Positions 1 to 9,392 of a DNA stretch of 64,000 nt are shown one piece after another. The translations under genes were made by a program, and so were the position numbers. Each line of letters starts with the position of its first letter. The first letter of the stretch is position 1. The notes under the pieces were generated by a model. The model saw only the letters and a list, made by a program, of their open reading frames with translations, did no database searches and was not told where the DNA came from. The stretch is from contig JAVKIP010000012.1 of the NCBI GenBank assembly GCA_031459385.1, positions 1-64,000 of the forward strand, written 5' to 3'. The stretch comes from Candidatus Fervidifonticultor secundus. GTDB taxonomy: Bacteria; Sysuimicrobiota; Sysuimicrobiia; Sysuimicrobiales; Humicultoraceae.

Positions 1-580
<580 letters not shown>

Positions 581-766
581 CTAGCATGCCCGCCCGGCGG
601 GCAGCAACACAATGCGCGGCGGCGTCGGTGCCACGCGCCCCAAGGCGTGGGCGGGCGTGCGCCCCGCCCACACGAGGGCACGTGCCGCGCACGCCAGGGT
701 TCGCGCGCCGCGCGTCGAATGCGTGCGCGACCCCGGCCGGGAAGCCGGCCGGCACCGGAGGTGTGG

Positions 767-1459
767 ATGCGAGGCATGGCGGCCGCTGCCCTGGTGGCGG
801 CGCTCGTGGCCCCGGCGGGCGCGGCGGCTTCCTACCGAACGCTCCAGACCAGCAAGCCCGGCGCCTACGAGGTGCTGGTGCGCTACCCGCAGTTTGCCGC
901 GTCCACACCGCTGGCGCGCACCGTGAACCGCGCCGTGGACGAGTGGGTACGCAGCCAGCTGCGGGTGTGGACGCGCCTGTTCGAGGGACCGGCCGAGGGC
1001 GGGCCGCCGCAGGTGCAGCCGGCCGCGTACGTGGCGATCCCGCGCGTCACGTTCTACGACCCCTGGCGCCTGATCAGCCTGCACCTGGAGATCATGGAGA
1101 CCACGGGCGCCGGGAGCGCCTACCCCTATCTCGCGCTGTTCACCTACGGGTGGCTCGACGGGCGCGTGGCGCCGCTGGTGCTGCGCGACCTGTTCGTCCC
1201 CGGGGCGCCCTCCCGGGTGATCGTGGGCCGGCAGGTGCTGCGCCGGCTGCGAGAGGCGGGTGCGCCGGCTGTCACCGGGGGCCGCGTCACAGCCGTGCCC
1301 GACGATGTCCTGGAGCGGTTCATCGTCGAGCCCGATGGCCTGCGCTACGTCTTCCTCCCGGGTGTGCTGGGCCCGCTGGCTGCCGGCAGCTTCGAGGTGA
1401 AGCTGACACTGGAAGACCTGGGCCCGCTCTTCCGGCGGAGCCTGCTCCGGCGGGACTAG
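767..1459 (+). CDS. Secreted RsiV/PdaC-like (DUF3298-type) protein
   Basis: GGAGGT RBS before ATG 767; Ala-rich signal peptide; YPQF and L.LRDLF motifs and C-terminal F.V..DGL..F.PG.LGP.AAG resemble DUF4163/DUF3298. Confidence 0.6.
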   Translation: MRGMAAAALVAALVAPAGAAASYRTLQTSKPGAYEVLVRYPQFAASTPLARTVNRAVDEWVRSQLRVWTRLFEGPAEGGPPQVQPAAYVAIPRVTFYDPWRLISLHLEIMETTGAGSAYPYLALFTYGWLDGRVAPLVLRDLFVPGAPSRVIVGRQVLRRLREAGAPAVTGGRVTAVPDDVLERFIVEPDGLRYVFLPGVLGPLAAGSFEVKLTLEDLGPLFRRSLLRRD

Positions 1460-1875
1460 GGCCCCTCCAGGAGCCCGATCTGCCGCGCCAGGCGCTCGGC
1501 CAGCACCGCGCCGGAGTTCACGGCGCGCACGCGTCCGGTGCTGGCGATGACGACGGTGCTGGGGACCGTGAGGATGCCGAAGCGCGCCGCGAGCCCCCGC
1601 TCGCGCAGGGCGTCGACCTCGGCGACGACGACCTGTCCCGGGAAGCGCTGCTCCAGGGCCTGGAGCGCCGGCCGCTGCACCGTCTTGCACGGCGCGCACT
1701 CTGGCGTGGTGAACGCCAGCACCAGCGCCCGGGCGCCGTTGAGGCGGTAGGACGCCACCAGGTCGGCCGCCCCCAGGCGCAGCACGCGCCGGCGGCGCCA
1801 TGCGAGCAGCAGGGCGACGGCGGCCACCACGGCCGTCACGATGCCCAGGGCCACCAGCGGGGCAGGCGGCGTCAT
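1456..1875 (-). CDS. Membrane-anchored thioredoxin-family protein
   Basis: N-terminal TM helix, FTTPECAPCK (CxxC) and cis-Pro TVPST; ATGA overlap with the upstream DUF4395 stop. Confidence 0.85.
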   Translation of the reverse strand: MTPPAPLVALGIVTAVVAAVALLLAWRRRRVLRLGAADLVASYRLNGARALVLAFTTPECAPCKTVQRPALQALEQRFPGQVVVAEVDALRERGLAARFGILTVPSTVVIASTGRVRAVNSGAVLAERLARQIGLLEGP

Positions 1876-2318
1876 GACGCGCCCCGGGCGCGCCGCAGCC
1901 ACCCGCGGCGGGCCAGCTGGTAGTAGACGAAGCAGCCCGCGCAGAACCCGGCCAGGACGTTCAGCATGGCCAGCACCGCCACCAGCCCGGCCAGGACCCA
2001 CCCGAGCACCGGCGCCCCGACAAAGAGCGCCAGCGTCGCCGCCCACAGCACACCCGCCCCGAGCGCCTGCGCGAAGCGATGGGGCGCCGGGTCATCGGGG
2101 ATCACGCGAGGCCGGACGATGCCCACGGGCACCGCCGCCCGCTGGTACAGCCACCGGAAGAGGCTGCGGGACGGGGCGGCTGCGCTCGTCGCCAGGGCGG
2201 CCGCCAGGAAGAGCACGAGCCAGGGCGCGTTCAGCACCCCTGCGACGATGACCCACAGCGCGATCACCGCCTGGGCAAACTTGATCGCGTTCTGGTCTAC
2301 CATGGGCATCTGCGCCAT
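1872..2318 (-). CDS. DUF4395 family membrane protein
   Basis: VD.N..KFAQ start, P.RFAQ.LG, and C-terminal LN..AGFCAGCFVY signature. Confidence 0.85.
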   Translation of the reverse strand: MAQMPMVDQNAIKFAQAVIALWVIVAGVLNAPWLVLFLAAALATSAAAPSRSLFRWLYQRAAVPVGIVRPRVIPDDPAPHRFAQALGAGVLWAATLALFVGAPVLGWVLAGLVAVLAMLNVLAGFCAGCFVYYQLARRGWLRRARGAS

Positions 2319-2432
2319 GTGTGCATCCCTCGCCTGACGAACGGGTCAGCGGAGGTCGCGCGGCAGGCGCGCCCGCCCCGCGCCGTCACCTGCGGCGGAG
2401 ACGTCGCCGGGCGCCTGGACCTGGGAGACGGG

Positions 2433-2543
2433 TTACAGTATGGGAGCGGCGAAGGCGCCAGGCGACCTCCGCCGCGGACAGATACACTTCCGCGGGGCGT
2501 ACAGCGGAACGCCGAGATACAGGCGGGACAGGATCACAGCCAC
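2433..2543 (-). CDS. Putative Cys-containing leader peptide (34-36 aa)
   Basis: GTG...TAA frame MAVILSRLYLGVPLYAPRKCICPRRRSPGAFAAPIL with TGT-ATC-TGT; alternative GTG at 2537; lies in the leader of DUF4395 together with competing inverted repeats. Confidence 0.4.
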   Translation of the reverse strand: MAVILSRLYLGVPLYAPRKCICPRRRSPGAFAAPIL

Positions 2544-2601
2544 CTCGCCGCGCCCGCTGGGGCGCGCGATCCTTGACGCCCTTGTACCAGGAAGCGTGGG
2601 C

Positions 2602-3228
2602 TCATGTCAAGGCATGCGCGTGCTGCCCGACCCACGCCATCGCCGCCGCCAGGGTCGCGTCCATGGCCTCGCGTGTCTGTGCCGGCGGCGGCAGGGGCGG
2701 ACCGAAGCGCACGCGCACGGGGCCAGGGCGCGGCAGACGGGCACCCAGCGGGAACACCTGCCCCGAGCCCGCCACGGCCACGGGCACCACCGGCGCGCGC
2801 CCGCGCGCGGCGATGACCGCGGCGCCCCGGCGCGGCGGCAGGGGCTCGGGGGCGACGCGGCCCTCGGGGAAGACCCCGACCTTGCGCCCAGCCGCCAGCG
2901 CCTGCACCGCCTGGCGGACCGCCGCGAGGTCCACGTCGCCGCGGCGCACGGGGATGCAGCCGTAAGCCCGCATCACCCACCCGACCCCGCGCCACGCCAG
3001 GAACTCCGCGGCCGCGACGAACAGGATGCGTTCGGGCGCGGCGGCGGCGATGAAGAGCGGGTCCAGCGCGCTCGGGTGGTTGGCGACGAGCACGGCCGGC
3101 CCTGCCGGATAGTGCTCCCGCCCCTCCACGCGCAGGCGGACGAGGACGCGGAGCAGCGCCCCCACTACGCGGTGCGTGAGCCAGAAGCGCCAGGTGTGCC
3201 CCGGGAAGGGCGACGTCGCGTCAGCCAC
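2602..3228 (-). CDS. Lysophospholipid acyltransferase (PlsC family)
   Basis: NHPSALD (HX4D) and FPEGR motifs. Confidence 0.9.
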   Translation of the reverse strand: MADATSPFPGHTWRFWLTHRVVGALLRVLVRLRVEGREHYPAGPAVLVANHPSALDPLFIAAAAPERILFVAAAEFLAWRGVGWVMRAYGCIPVRRGDVDLAAVRQAVQALAAGRKVGVFPEGRVAPEPLPPRRGAAVIAARGRAPVVPVAVAGSGQVFPLGARLPRPGPVRVRFGPPLPPPAQTREAMDATLAAAMAWVGQHAHALT

Positions 3229-3237
3229 GGGCCGGGC

Positions 3238-4146
3238 TCACGGCAGCGTCGCGCGGCGGTTGCGCACGGTGGTCCGCGTCGTGTTCACGACGCGGGTGCC
3301 CACGCGCAGGCTGCCGCGCACGGCGCCGCCCAGCGGCTGCAGCCCGCGGCGAACCGTGCGGCTGAGGACCGCCAGCATCCGGCGCAGCCACCGCAGGCGC
3401 GCGCCCAGCGCCTGCAGGGCCGGCGTGCGCGCGTAGAGGATCGAGCCCGCGATGATGCCCAATGAGATGAGGAACTTCCTCGGGTGCGAGATGTGCACGG
3501 CGAGCAGGTCCTCGGCGAGCACCTGGAAACCGATGGCGAGGACCAGCAGGTAGGCGGCGGCCTCCAGGATCGGCTCGCGCTGGATGAGCCGGACGAAGAT
3601 CCCGGCGGCGAAGCGCATGGTGACGATGCCCAGGAAGACGCCGGTCAGCACTACCCACATCTCGCGCGACAGGGCCACCGCCGCCACGACGTTGTCCAGG
3701 CTGAAGGCCAGATCGGCGAGCTCCACGTTCAGCACCACGACCCAGAACGCGCGCGAGGCCGTGATGTAGGGCTCGCCGCCGTGGACCCGCTCCGCTTTCT
3801 CCGCCTCGGCGCCGAAGTGGGTGATCGCTAGGTAGATCAGGTACAGGCCGCCCAGCAACAGCAACCAGCGGTTGCGCACCACCCAGGCCGCGGCGAACAG
3901 CATCGTGCCCCGCCCCAGGTAAGCGCCGAGCAGGCCCGCCTTGAGGGCCGCCATCTGCTGGCCGCCCAGCACGCGGTGGACCGGCGGCCCGAGGAGGCGC
4001 AGGGGCCGGGGCCACGGGACCGGATCGTCCCGCGGCAGCGCCGAGACCATCGCGCCCAGCACCGCGGCGTTGTCGATGGACAGGATCCCCTCCAGGTAGA
4101 CCAGCTGGAGGATGATGAGGAGCGCACTCCAGTCGACAGACGGCAC
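3238..4146 (-). CDS. TerC family integral membrane protein
   Basis: LEGILSIDNA, GLLGAYLGR and ELADLAFSLDNVVAAVA motifs. Confidence 0.9.
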   Translation of the reverse strand: MPSVDWSALLIILQLVYLEGILSIDNAAVLGAMVSALPRDDPVPWPRPLRLLGPPVHRVLGGQQMAALKAGLLGAYLGRGTMLFAAAWVVRNRWLLLLGGLYLIYLAITHFGAEAEKAERVHGGEPYITASRAFWVVVLNVELADLAFSLDNVVAAVALSREMWVVLTGVFLGIVTMRFAAGIFVRLIQREPILEAAAYLLVLAIGFQVLAEDLLAVHISHPRKFLISLGIIAGSILYARTPALQALGARLRWLRRMLAVLSRTVRRGLQPLGGAVRGSLRVGTRVVNTTRTTVRNRRATLP

Positions 4147-4175
4147 GCCCGGCAGTCACTCCGTTCCTGCGGCGG

Positions 4176-4988
4176 CTAGCGCACGGGCATTCGCGCCACC
4201 GTGATCTCGTCGGTCACCGCGGCCACGTGTGGCACGCCCCGGGCGACGGCCAGCGCCGCCGCGCGCTGGTCGGGGTCGAAGACGATTCCCGCTAGCGTGA
4301 TAACCCCGGCCCGCGCGGTAACCTGCAGATCCACAGCGCCCAGCCGGTCGTCCATCTTCAGGGCTTCCGCCACGCGGGCGGCCAGGGCCCGGTCCGCCAC
4401 CTCCTGCCGCGACGCATTATCGGGCTGGAACGCAGGGCTGTCCAGCAGCCGCTCGATGAGGTCGCACGCCTGCTCCACCTCGATGCGCTCGGTGTTGAGC
4501 ACCAGGTCGTACAGGTCGGCATCCTCCCACTCAACGTCGAAGAACTGGCGCAGGCGCGCCCGCACGCCGGTGTCGTAGCGCTGGGCCAGCGCCTGGGCCT
4601 CATGCCGGGAGATCGCCAGGCGCTCCATCAGCCGGGCGATGCGCACCTCCGGCGGCGCGCAGACCCGCACGCGGACGGCATGCCGCACGCCGCGCAGCAG
4701 CATCGTCGACCAGCGCCCGAGGAGCACCACGTCGTCGGCCGCGGCGAACTCCAGCACGCGGGCCGCGACATGGTGGAAGTTGCGGCGCGCCGGCAGGCTC
4801 AGCCGCTCCCACAGGCCCGGCGGATGCTCCACCGACCGGAGCAGGTGCTCCTCGCTAACCTCCCCCACCCGCGCGGCCTCCTCCAGGACCTCGCGCCGCA
4901 CGTACCGGTAGCCCCGGCGCTCGGCCAGCCGCTCCGCGATGAACGTCCCGAGGCTGCCCAGTTCGCGGGTGAACGCCACAATGCCCAT
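4176..4988 (-). CDS. Cytidylate kinase-like family protein with C-terminal BON domain
   Basis: IVAFTRELGSLG, VLLGRWS, VRVCAP.EVR and YDLVLNT; C-terminal D..L...V...L...VTARAGVITLAG.V...A..VPHV..V.DEI is a BON pattern. Confidence 0.85.
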   Translation of the reverse strand: MGIVAFTRELGSLGTFIAERLAERRGYRYVRREVLEEAARVGEVSEEHLLRSVEHPPGLWERLSLPARRNFHHVAARVLEFAAADDVVLLGRWSTMLLRGVRHAVRVRVCAPPEVRIARLMERLAISRHEAQALAQRYDTGVRARLRQFFDVEWEDADLYDLVLNTERIEVEQACDLIERLLDSPAFQPDNASRQEVADRALAARVAEALKMDDRLGAVDLQVTARAGVITLAGIVFDPDQRAAALAVARGVPHVAAVTDEITVARMPVR

Positions 4989-4996
4989 GCCTGTCG

Positions 4997-6538
4997 TTAG
5001 CCGCGCGGCGCCGGCGCCGCTGCCGGCGCGATCCCGCGCGCGCGGACCTGGCGGCGCAGCGCCCGCAGCGCTGGCAGCGCGAACAGCGCCAGGGCCGCCG
5101 CGATGAAGGCCAGGGCGATGGGCCGCCCCAGGAAGATCCCGACCGACCCCTGCCCCATGATCAAGCTCTGCCGCAGCGCCTGCTCGGTCATGTCGCCGAG
5201 CACGAGGGCGACCACCAGGGGCGCCAGCGGATAGCCCAGCTTCTTGAACAGGTACCCGGCCAGCCCCGAGGCCAGCATGATCCACAGGTCGAGGATCTGG
5301 TTGTTGGCGGCGTAGGCCCCGACGCTGGAGAGGATGACGATGAGCGGGGCCAGGATCCCGAACGGGATGCGGTTGATGGCCGCGAACGCCGGGACCATGG
5401 TGAGGACGATCAGGACGCCGACGACGTTGGCCAGGTACATGGAGCCGATGAGCCCCCAGACGAACTCGCGCTGCTCCCGGAACAGCATCGGCCCGGGGTT
5501 AAGGCCCCAGATGAAGAAGCCGGCCAGCATCACCGCCGCCGTGGGCGAGCCCGGGATGCCCAGGGTGATCATGGGCAGCAGGGCGCCGATGCCCGCGGCG
5601 TGGGCCGCCGTCTCCGGCGCCACCACCCCCTCCACCTCGCCGGTGCCGAAGCGGTGGCCGCGGGGGCTGAACTGCTTGGCCAGCCCGTAGCTCATGAACG
5701 ATGCCGGGGTGGCGCCGGTCCCGGGCAGCACGCCGATCCAGAAGCCCAGCACGGTGCCGCGCACGACGGTCCAGGTGTAGCGGGGGAACGTCTTCCACGT
5801 CTCCCAGACGTCGCGGAAGCTCAGACGCGCCCGTATGCCCTCCAGCCGCAGGCCCTCTTCCACTGTCAGCAGGATCTCGCCGAGCCCGAACAGGCCGATG
5901 GCGATCACGATGAAGTTGATGCCGCTCTGGAGAGCCACCACGCCGAAGGTCATGCGCGGCGAGCCGCTGACGATGTCGAACCCCACGGTCCCCAGCAGCA
6001 GGCCCAGCAGGGTCATGAGCACCGCCTTGAGGGGATCGCCGCCTTCGAGACCCGCAATGGTGGCGAACGCCAGCAGGAGCACCGCGAAGTTCTCGGGCGG
6101 CCCGAACTTCAGCGCGAGCTCGGCCAGGGGCGGGGCGAAGAACGTGAAGAGCGCCACGGAGATCAGCGCGCCGATGAACGACGAGGTGAACGCGGCCGTC
6201 AGCGCCACGCCGGGCTTGCCCTGCTTGGCCAGCGGGTGCCCGTCGAAGGTGGTCGCCACCGACCACGGCTCACCGGGGATGTTGAACAGGATGGAGGTGA
6301 TGGCCCCGCCGAAGATCGCGCCCCAGTAGACCGACGAGAGCAGGATGATGGCGGACGTCGGGGTGAGGCGGAACGTGAGCGGCAGGAGCAGCGCGATGCC
6401 GTTGGTGCCGCCGAGCCCCGGCAGGACGCCGATGGCCGTACCCAGCAGCAGGCCGACCACCGCCACGAAGAGGTTGGTCGGCGTGAGCGCGACGCCCATC
6501 CCGTAGAGCAGGTCGTTGAAGATGCCCAGCAGGCTCAT
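4997..6538 (-). CDS. tctA: Tripartite tricarboxylate transporter large permease TctA
   Basis: GVLPGLG, ILFNIPGEP...ATTFDGHP, VVAPETA and TLGIPGSPTAA motifs. Confidence 0.95.
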   Translation of the reverse strand: MSLLGIFNDLLYGMGVALTPTNLFVAVVGLLLGTAIGVLPGLGGTNGIALLLPLTFRLTPTSAIILLSSVYWGAIFGGAITSILFNIPGEPWSVATTFDGHPLAKQGKPGVALTAAFTSSFIGALISVALFTFFAPPLAELALKFGPPENFAVLLLAFATIAGLEGGDPLKAVLMTLLGLLLGTVGFDIVSGSPRMTFGVVALQSGINFIVIAIGLFGLGEILLTVEEGLRLEGIRARLSFRDVWETWKTFPRYTWTVVRGTVLGFWIGVLPGTGATPASFMSYGLAKQFSPRGHRFGTGEVEGVVAPETAAHAAGIGALLPMITLGIPGSPTAAVMLAGFFIWGLNPGPMLFREQREFVWGLIGSMYLANVVGVLIVLTMVPAFAAINRIPFGILAPLIVILSSVGAYAANNQILDLWIMLASGLAGYLFKKLGYPLAPLVVALVLGDMTEQALRQSLIMGQGSVGIFLGRPIALAFIAAALALFALPALRALRRQVRARGIAPAAAPAPRG

Positions 6539-6544
6539 GAAACG

Positions 6545-7018
6545 CTACCGCCCATAGAGGAGCCACTCCAGGGCGACGCCCTTGGGCATCGGCATCAGGA
6601 ACCACCGCTCGAAGATCAAGAACAGCACCAGCGGCAGGGCCACGCTCACCGCCGCCACCTGCGCCCAGCGGTGGCGCCCGACCAGGCGCATGTACCCCGC
6701 CAGGTAGACGGCCCCGCCCAGGTAGATCCCCAGGTAGTGGATGAGGGCCACGACGGCCACCATCGGGAGGAACACGATGAGGAGCGGCTTCCAGGCGCCC
6801 GCCGGGATGAACGGCGCCGCCCCCCGGCGCCCGGCGCGCCAGGTCTTCACCAGGACGGCCACCGCGGAGGCCGTCACCCCCACGGCGAGCCAGAACGGGA
6901 AAAAGCCCGGGCCGGGGCCGGCGGCGGTCCAGGCGATCGGAAGCCGCAGGGCCTCCCGCACCAGCAGCAGGGCACCGGCCACCAGGCCCAGCGCCACCAC
7001 CAGCTCAGCGCGATACAT
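6545..7018 (-). CDS. tctB: Tripartite tricarboxylate transporter small permease TctB
   Basis: GPGPGFFP and F...F.MPMPKG; four TMs; lies between tctC and tctA. Confidence 0.9.
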   Translation of the reverse strand: MYRAELVVALGLVAGALLLVREALRLPIAWTAAGPGPGFFPFWLAVGVTASAVAVLVKTWRAGRRGAAPFIPAGAWKPLLIVFLPMVAVVALIHYLGIYLGGAVYLAGYMRLVGRHRWAQVAAVSVALPLVLFLIFERWFLMPMPKGVALEWLLYGR

Positions 7019-7041
7019 CGGCAGGGAGCGACCAGGAGGCA

Positions 7042-7077
7042 GGCGGGGGGCGCGCCCGGCGCGGCCCGCCCCCCGCC
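7042..7077 (-). other. Intergenic stem-loop after tctC (mRNA stabiliser or partial terminator)
   Basis: 11-bp perfect inverted repeat GGCGGGGGGCG (7042-7052) / CGCCCCCCGCC (7067-7077); no U-tract. Confidence 0.55.
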
Positions 7078-7081
7078 GCGT

Positions 7082-8104
7082 CTAGTCCTTGGGCGCGAGC
7101 CCTCCTTTCACCATCAGGCTGCGCACCGACGCGTCTTTCTGCTCGAGCCACCGCACGAACTCGGGGCCGGTCTGGAACGCTTTGGTATAAGCGCCGCGCT
7201 CGATGAAGTCGGCCATCTCGGGCGTGTCCATCACCTTCCGGAAGACGTCCTGGTAGAAGGCCACGGCCTCGGCGGGCATCTCCGGCGGGCCGAAGATCCC
7301 GCGCAGCATCTGGTACTCCAGCGGGAAGCCCAGTTCTTTCATCGTGGGGATCTCGCCCCACCGGCCGACCCGCACGCGCTCCGCGGCGAAGATGGCCAGA
7401 GGCCGTACCCGGCCGCCCTCCCAGTGGCCCACGGCCTCGATGGGGTTGTTGACGGTGAAGTCGACCTGCTTGCCGACCAGCGCCGCGGCCACGGCCCCGC
7501 CGCCCGGGAACGGCACGTACGTGAAATCCACGCCCCAGGCCTGTTCCAGCATGACCATGATGATCTCGTCTTCCTGCTTGGAGCCGGTGCCGGCCATCTT
7601 GAGGCTGCCCGCCGGGGCCGCCCGGGCCGCCCGCTGGAAGTCGGCCACCGTCCGGTAGGGCGAGTCGGCGTGCACCCACAGCACGAAGTGGTCCAGCAGC
7701 AGCCGCGCGATGGGCGTCAGGTCCCGCCACGAGAACCGGGACCCGTCGCGCTTGCGGATCACCTGCGCCACCGGCGTGGCGAACAGGCTGTCCAGGGTGA
7801 TCAGGATGGTATGCGGGTCTCCGGTCTTGTCGATCATCCACAGGAAGGCCTGCGTCCCGGCCCCGGCAGCCCGGTTCACCGGGATGAAGGGCTGCGGGGA
7901 GAGCCGGTACTTCTCGATGAGGGGCTGGATGAACCGGGCCTGCTGGTCGGCGCCGCCGCCCGTGCCGGCCGGGATCGTCCACTCCACCGGGCGGCGCGGC
8001 GCCCAGCCCGGCGCGCCCCAGACCAGCGTGCCCGCCAGCAGCACCACCACCGCGCAACTCGCCACCGCCCACCACTGTTTCCGCCACTGTGTCACGTCCG
8101 CCAC
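7082..8104 (-). CDS. tctC: Tripartite tricarboxylate transporter substrate-binding protein TctC/Bug
   Basis: Signal peptide; P.RPVEW.IPAGTGGGAD..AR, YVPFPGGG and IPTMKELG motifs. Confidence 0.93.
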   Translation of the reverse strand: MADVTQWRKQWWAVASCAVVVLLAGTLVWGAPGWAPRRPVEWTIPAGTGGGADQQARFIQPLIEKYRLSPQPFIPVNRAAGAGTQAFLWMIDKTGDPHTILITLDSLFATPVAQVIRKRDGSRFSWRDLTPIARLLLDHFVLWVHADSPYRTVADFQRAARAAPAGSLKMAGTGSKQEDEIIMVMLEQAWGVDFTYVPFPGGGAVAAALVGKQVDFTVNNPIEAVGHWEGGRVRPLAIFAAERVRVGRWGEIPTMKELGFPLEYQMLRGIFGPPEMPAEAVAFYQDVFRKVMDTPEMADFIERGAYTKAFQTGPEFVRWLEQKDASVRSLMVKGGLAPKD

Positions 8105-8312
8105 CTCCCCGCGCGGGTTCGCGACGTGCTCGGTCGCTCCGAGAGCCGCGCCCCTGGAGCCACAAACGTGATCGGTCCGGTCAAGAATGCGTGCGGCGGT
8201 CCCCCGCTCGGTGGTACCGCCGCTGTGCTGTGTCCATCACCATCGACGCTCACCAGCAGTTCCGTCCCCCTGGGCTCCACCCGACGGCCGGCCGCCGGCA
8301 CACGGTGCGGTG

Positions 8313-9338
8313 CTACGCTGGCGGCTTCTCCCGGACGATATCGCTCCAGAACGGGATCACGCCCGGGATAATCCACTTCTCCCACATCTCGTCGACCTTG
8401 GCCTGGAAATAGGCGATGTCATCGTCGGTGAAGTGGGCGAAACGGCCCTGGCGCAGCAGGTAGTCCCGTACCGGCTTGCGCCGCGTCCGGCCCTCGGCGA
8501 TGCCCCGGGTCTTCCCGTAGAGCCTGAGCTGGTGGTTCTCCACCTCGTACAGCGGCCAGATGCCGCACTCGACCGCCAGTTCGCCCAGTTCGTGGGAGAG
8601 GATGGGATCGTAGTCCCATCCCTTGGGGCACGGGTCGAGCGAGTGGATGAACGTCGGCCCGCCGATCGAGAGGGCCTTGCGGACCCGGTTCATCATGTCC
8701 ACCGCGTACGAGGCACAGACCGTCGCCACGTACTTGCACTCGGGGTGCCCGGCGGCCAGCATGCCGGCCACGTTCTTCTTCCACCGGTGGTGCAGGATGC
8801 GCTTCATGCTGCCCGGCGGCGAGAACGTGGTGTGCGCGCCCCACGGCGTGACGCCCGAGAGCTGGATGTCGGTGTTGGCGTAGGACTCGTTGTCGTACAT
8901 GAGGATGAGGAAGTTATAGTCGGTGTGGGTGAGGGCTGCCGAGATCGCCGACAGGCCCATGTCGGCCCCGCCGCCGTCGCCGCAGAAGGCGATGACGTTG
9001 ATGGGCTCGGCGGGAATCTTGCCCTTGCGCATCAGCACCCGCAGCCCCGCCGCCGTGCCCAGCCCCGCCGAGCCGCTGCTGCCCAGCTGGGTGTGCATCC
9101 AGGGTACGACCCACGAGGTGCTGTAGTAGGTGGTGTTGGCCACGTACATGCACCCCGTGCTGCCCAGCACCACGGTGCGGGGTCCGGCGGCCTTCACCAT
9201 GAGCTTCATGACCAGGGCCGACTCGCAGCCCTGACACGTCCGGTGGCCGGACGTGAAGTACTCCTCGAGCGGGACCTTCTTGACCCCCTTGAACGGCTCC
9301 AGGGTCGGCACTGGGTAGGTCTCGATCGCATCTGCCAT
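8313..9338 (-). CDS. 2-oxoacid:ferredoxin oxidoreductase beta (TPP-binding) subunit, oxalate oxidoreductase OorB / PorB-like
   Basis: GHRTCQGC, TGCMYVANT, GDGG...YDNESYANT TPP motif and PCPKGW. ATG 9338 preferred over GTG 9347 on RBS spacing. Confidence 0.92.
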   Translation of the reverse strand: MADAIETYPVPTLEPFKGVKKVPLEEYFTSGHRTCQGCESALVMKLMVKAAGPRTVVLGSTGCMYVANTTYYSTSWVVPWMHTQLGSSGSAGLGTAAGLRVLMRKGKIPAEPINVIAFCGDGGGADMGLSAISAALTHTDYNFLILMYDNESYANTDIQLSGVTPWGAHTTFSPPGSMKRILHHRWKKNVAGMLAAGHPECKYVATVCASYAVDMMNRVRKALSIGGPTFIHSLDPCPKGWDYDPILSHELGELAVECGIWPLYEVENHQLRLYGKTRGIAEGRTRRKPVRDYLLRQGRFAHFTDDDIAYFQAKVDEMWEKWIIPGVIPFWSDIVREKPPA

Positions 9339-9392
9339 GGCTGCCACGCTCCCTTTCCCCCAAACGCTCTGACGACCCCGCGGGCCTGCGGG

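Noticed and set aside
4147..4175. yybP-ykoY Mn riboswitch upstream of terC
   Set aside because: Only 29 nt of intergenic space.
8193..8223. Hairpin between OFOR beta and tctC as an intrinsic terminator or sRNA
   Set aside because: 8-bp GC stem without a U-tract; such stems are common by chance at this GC content.
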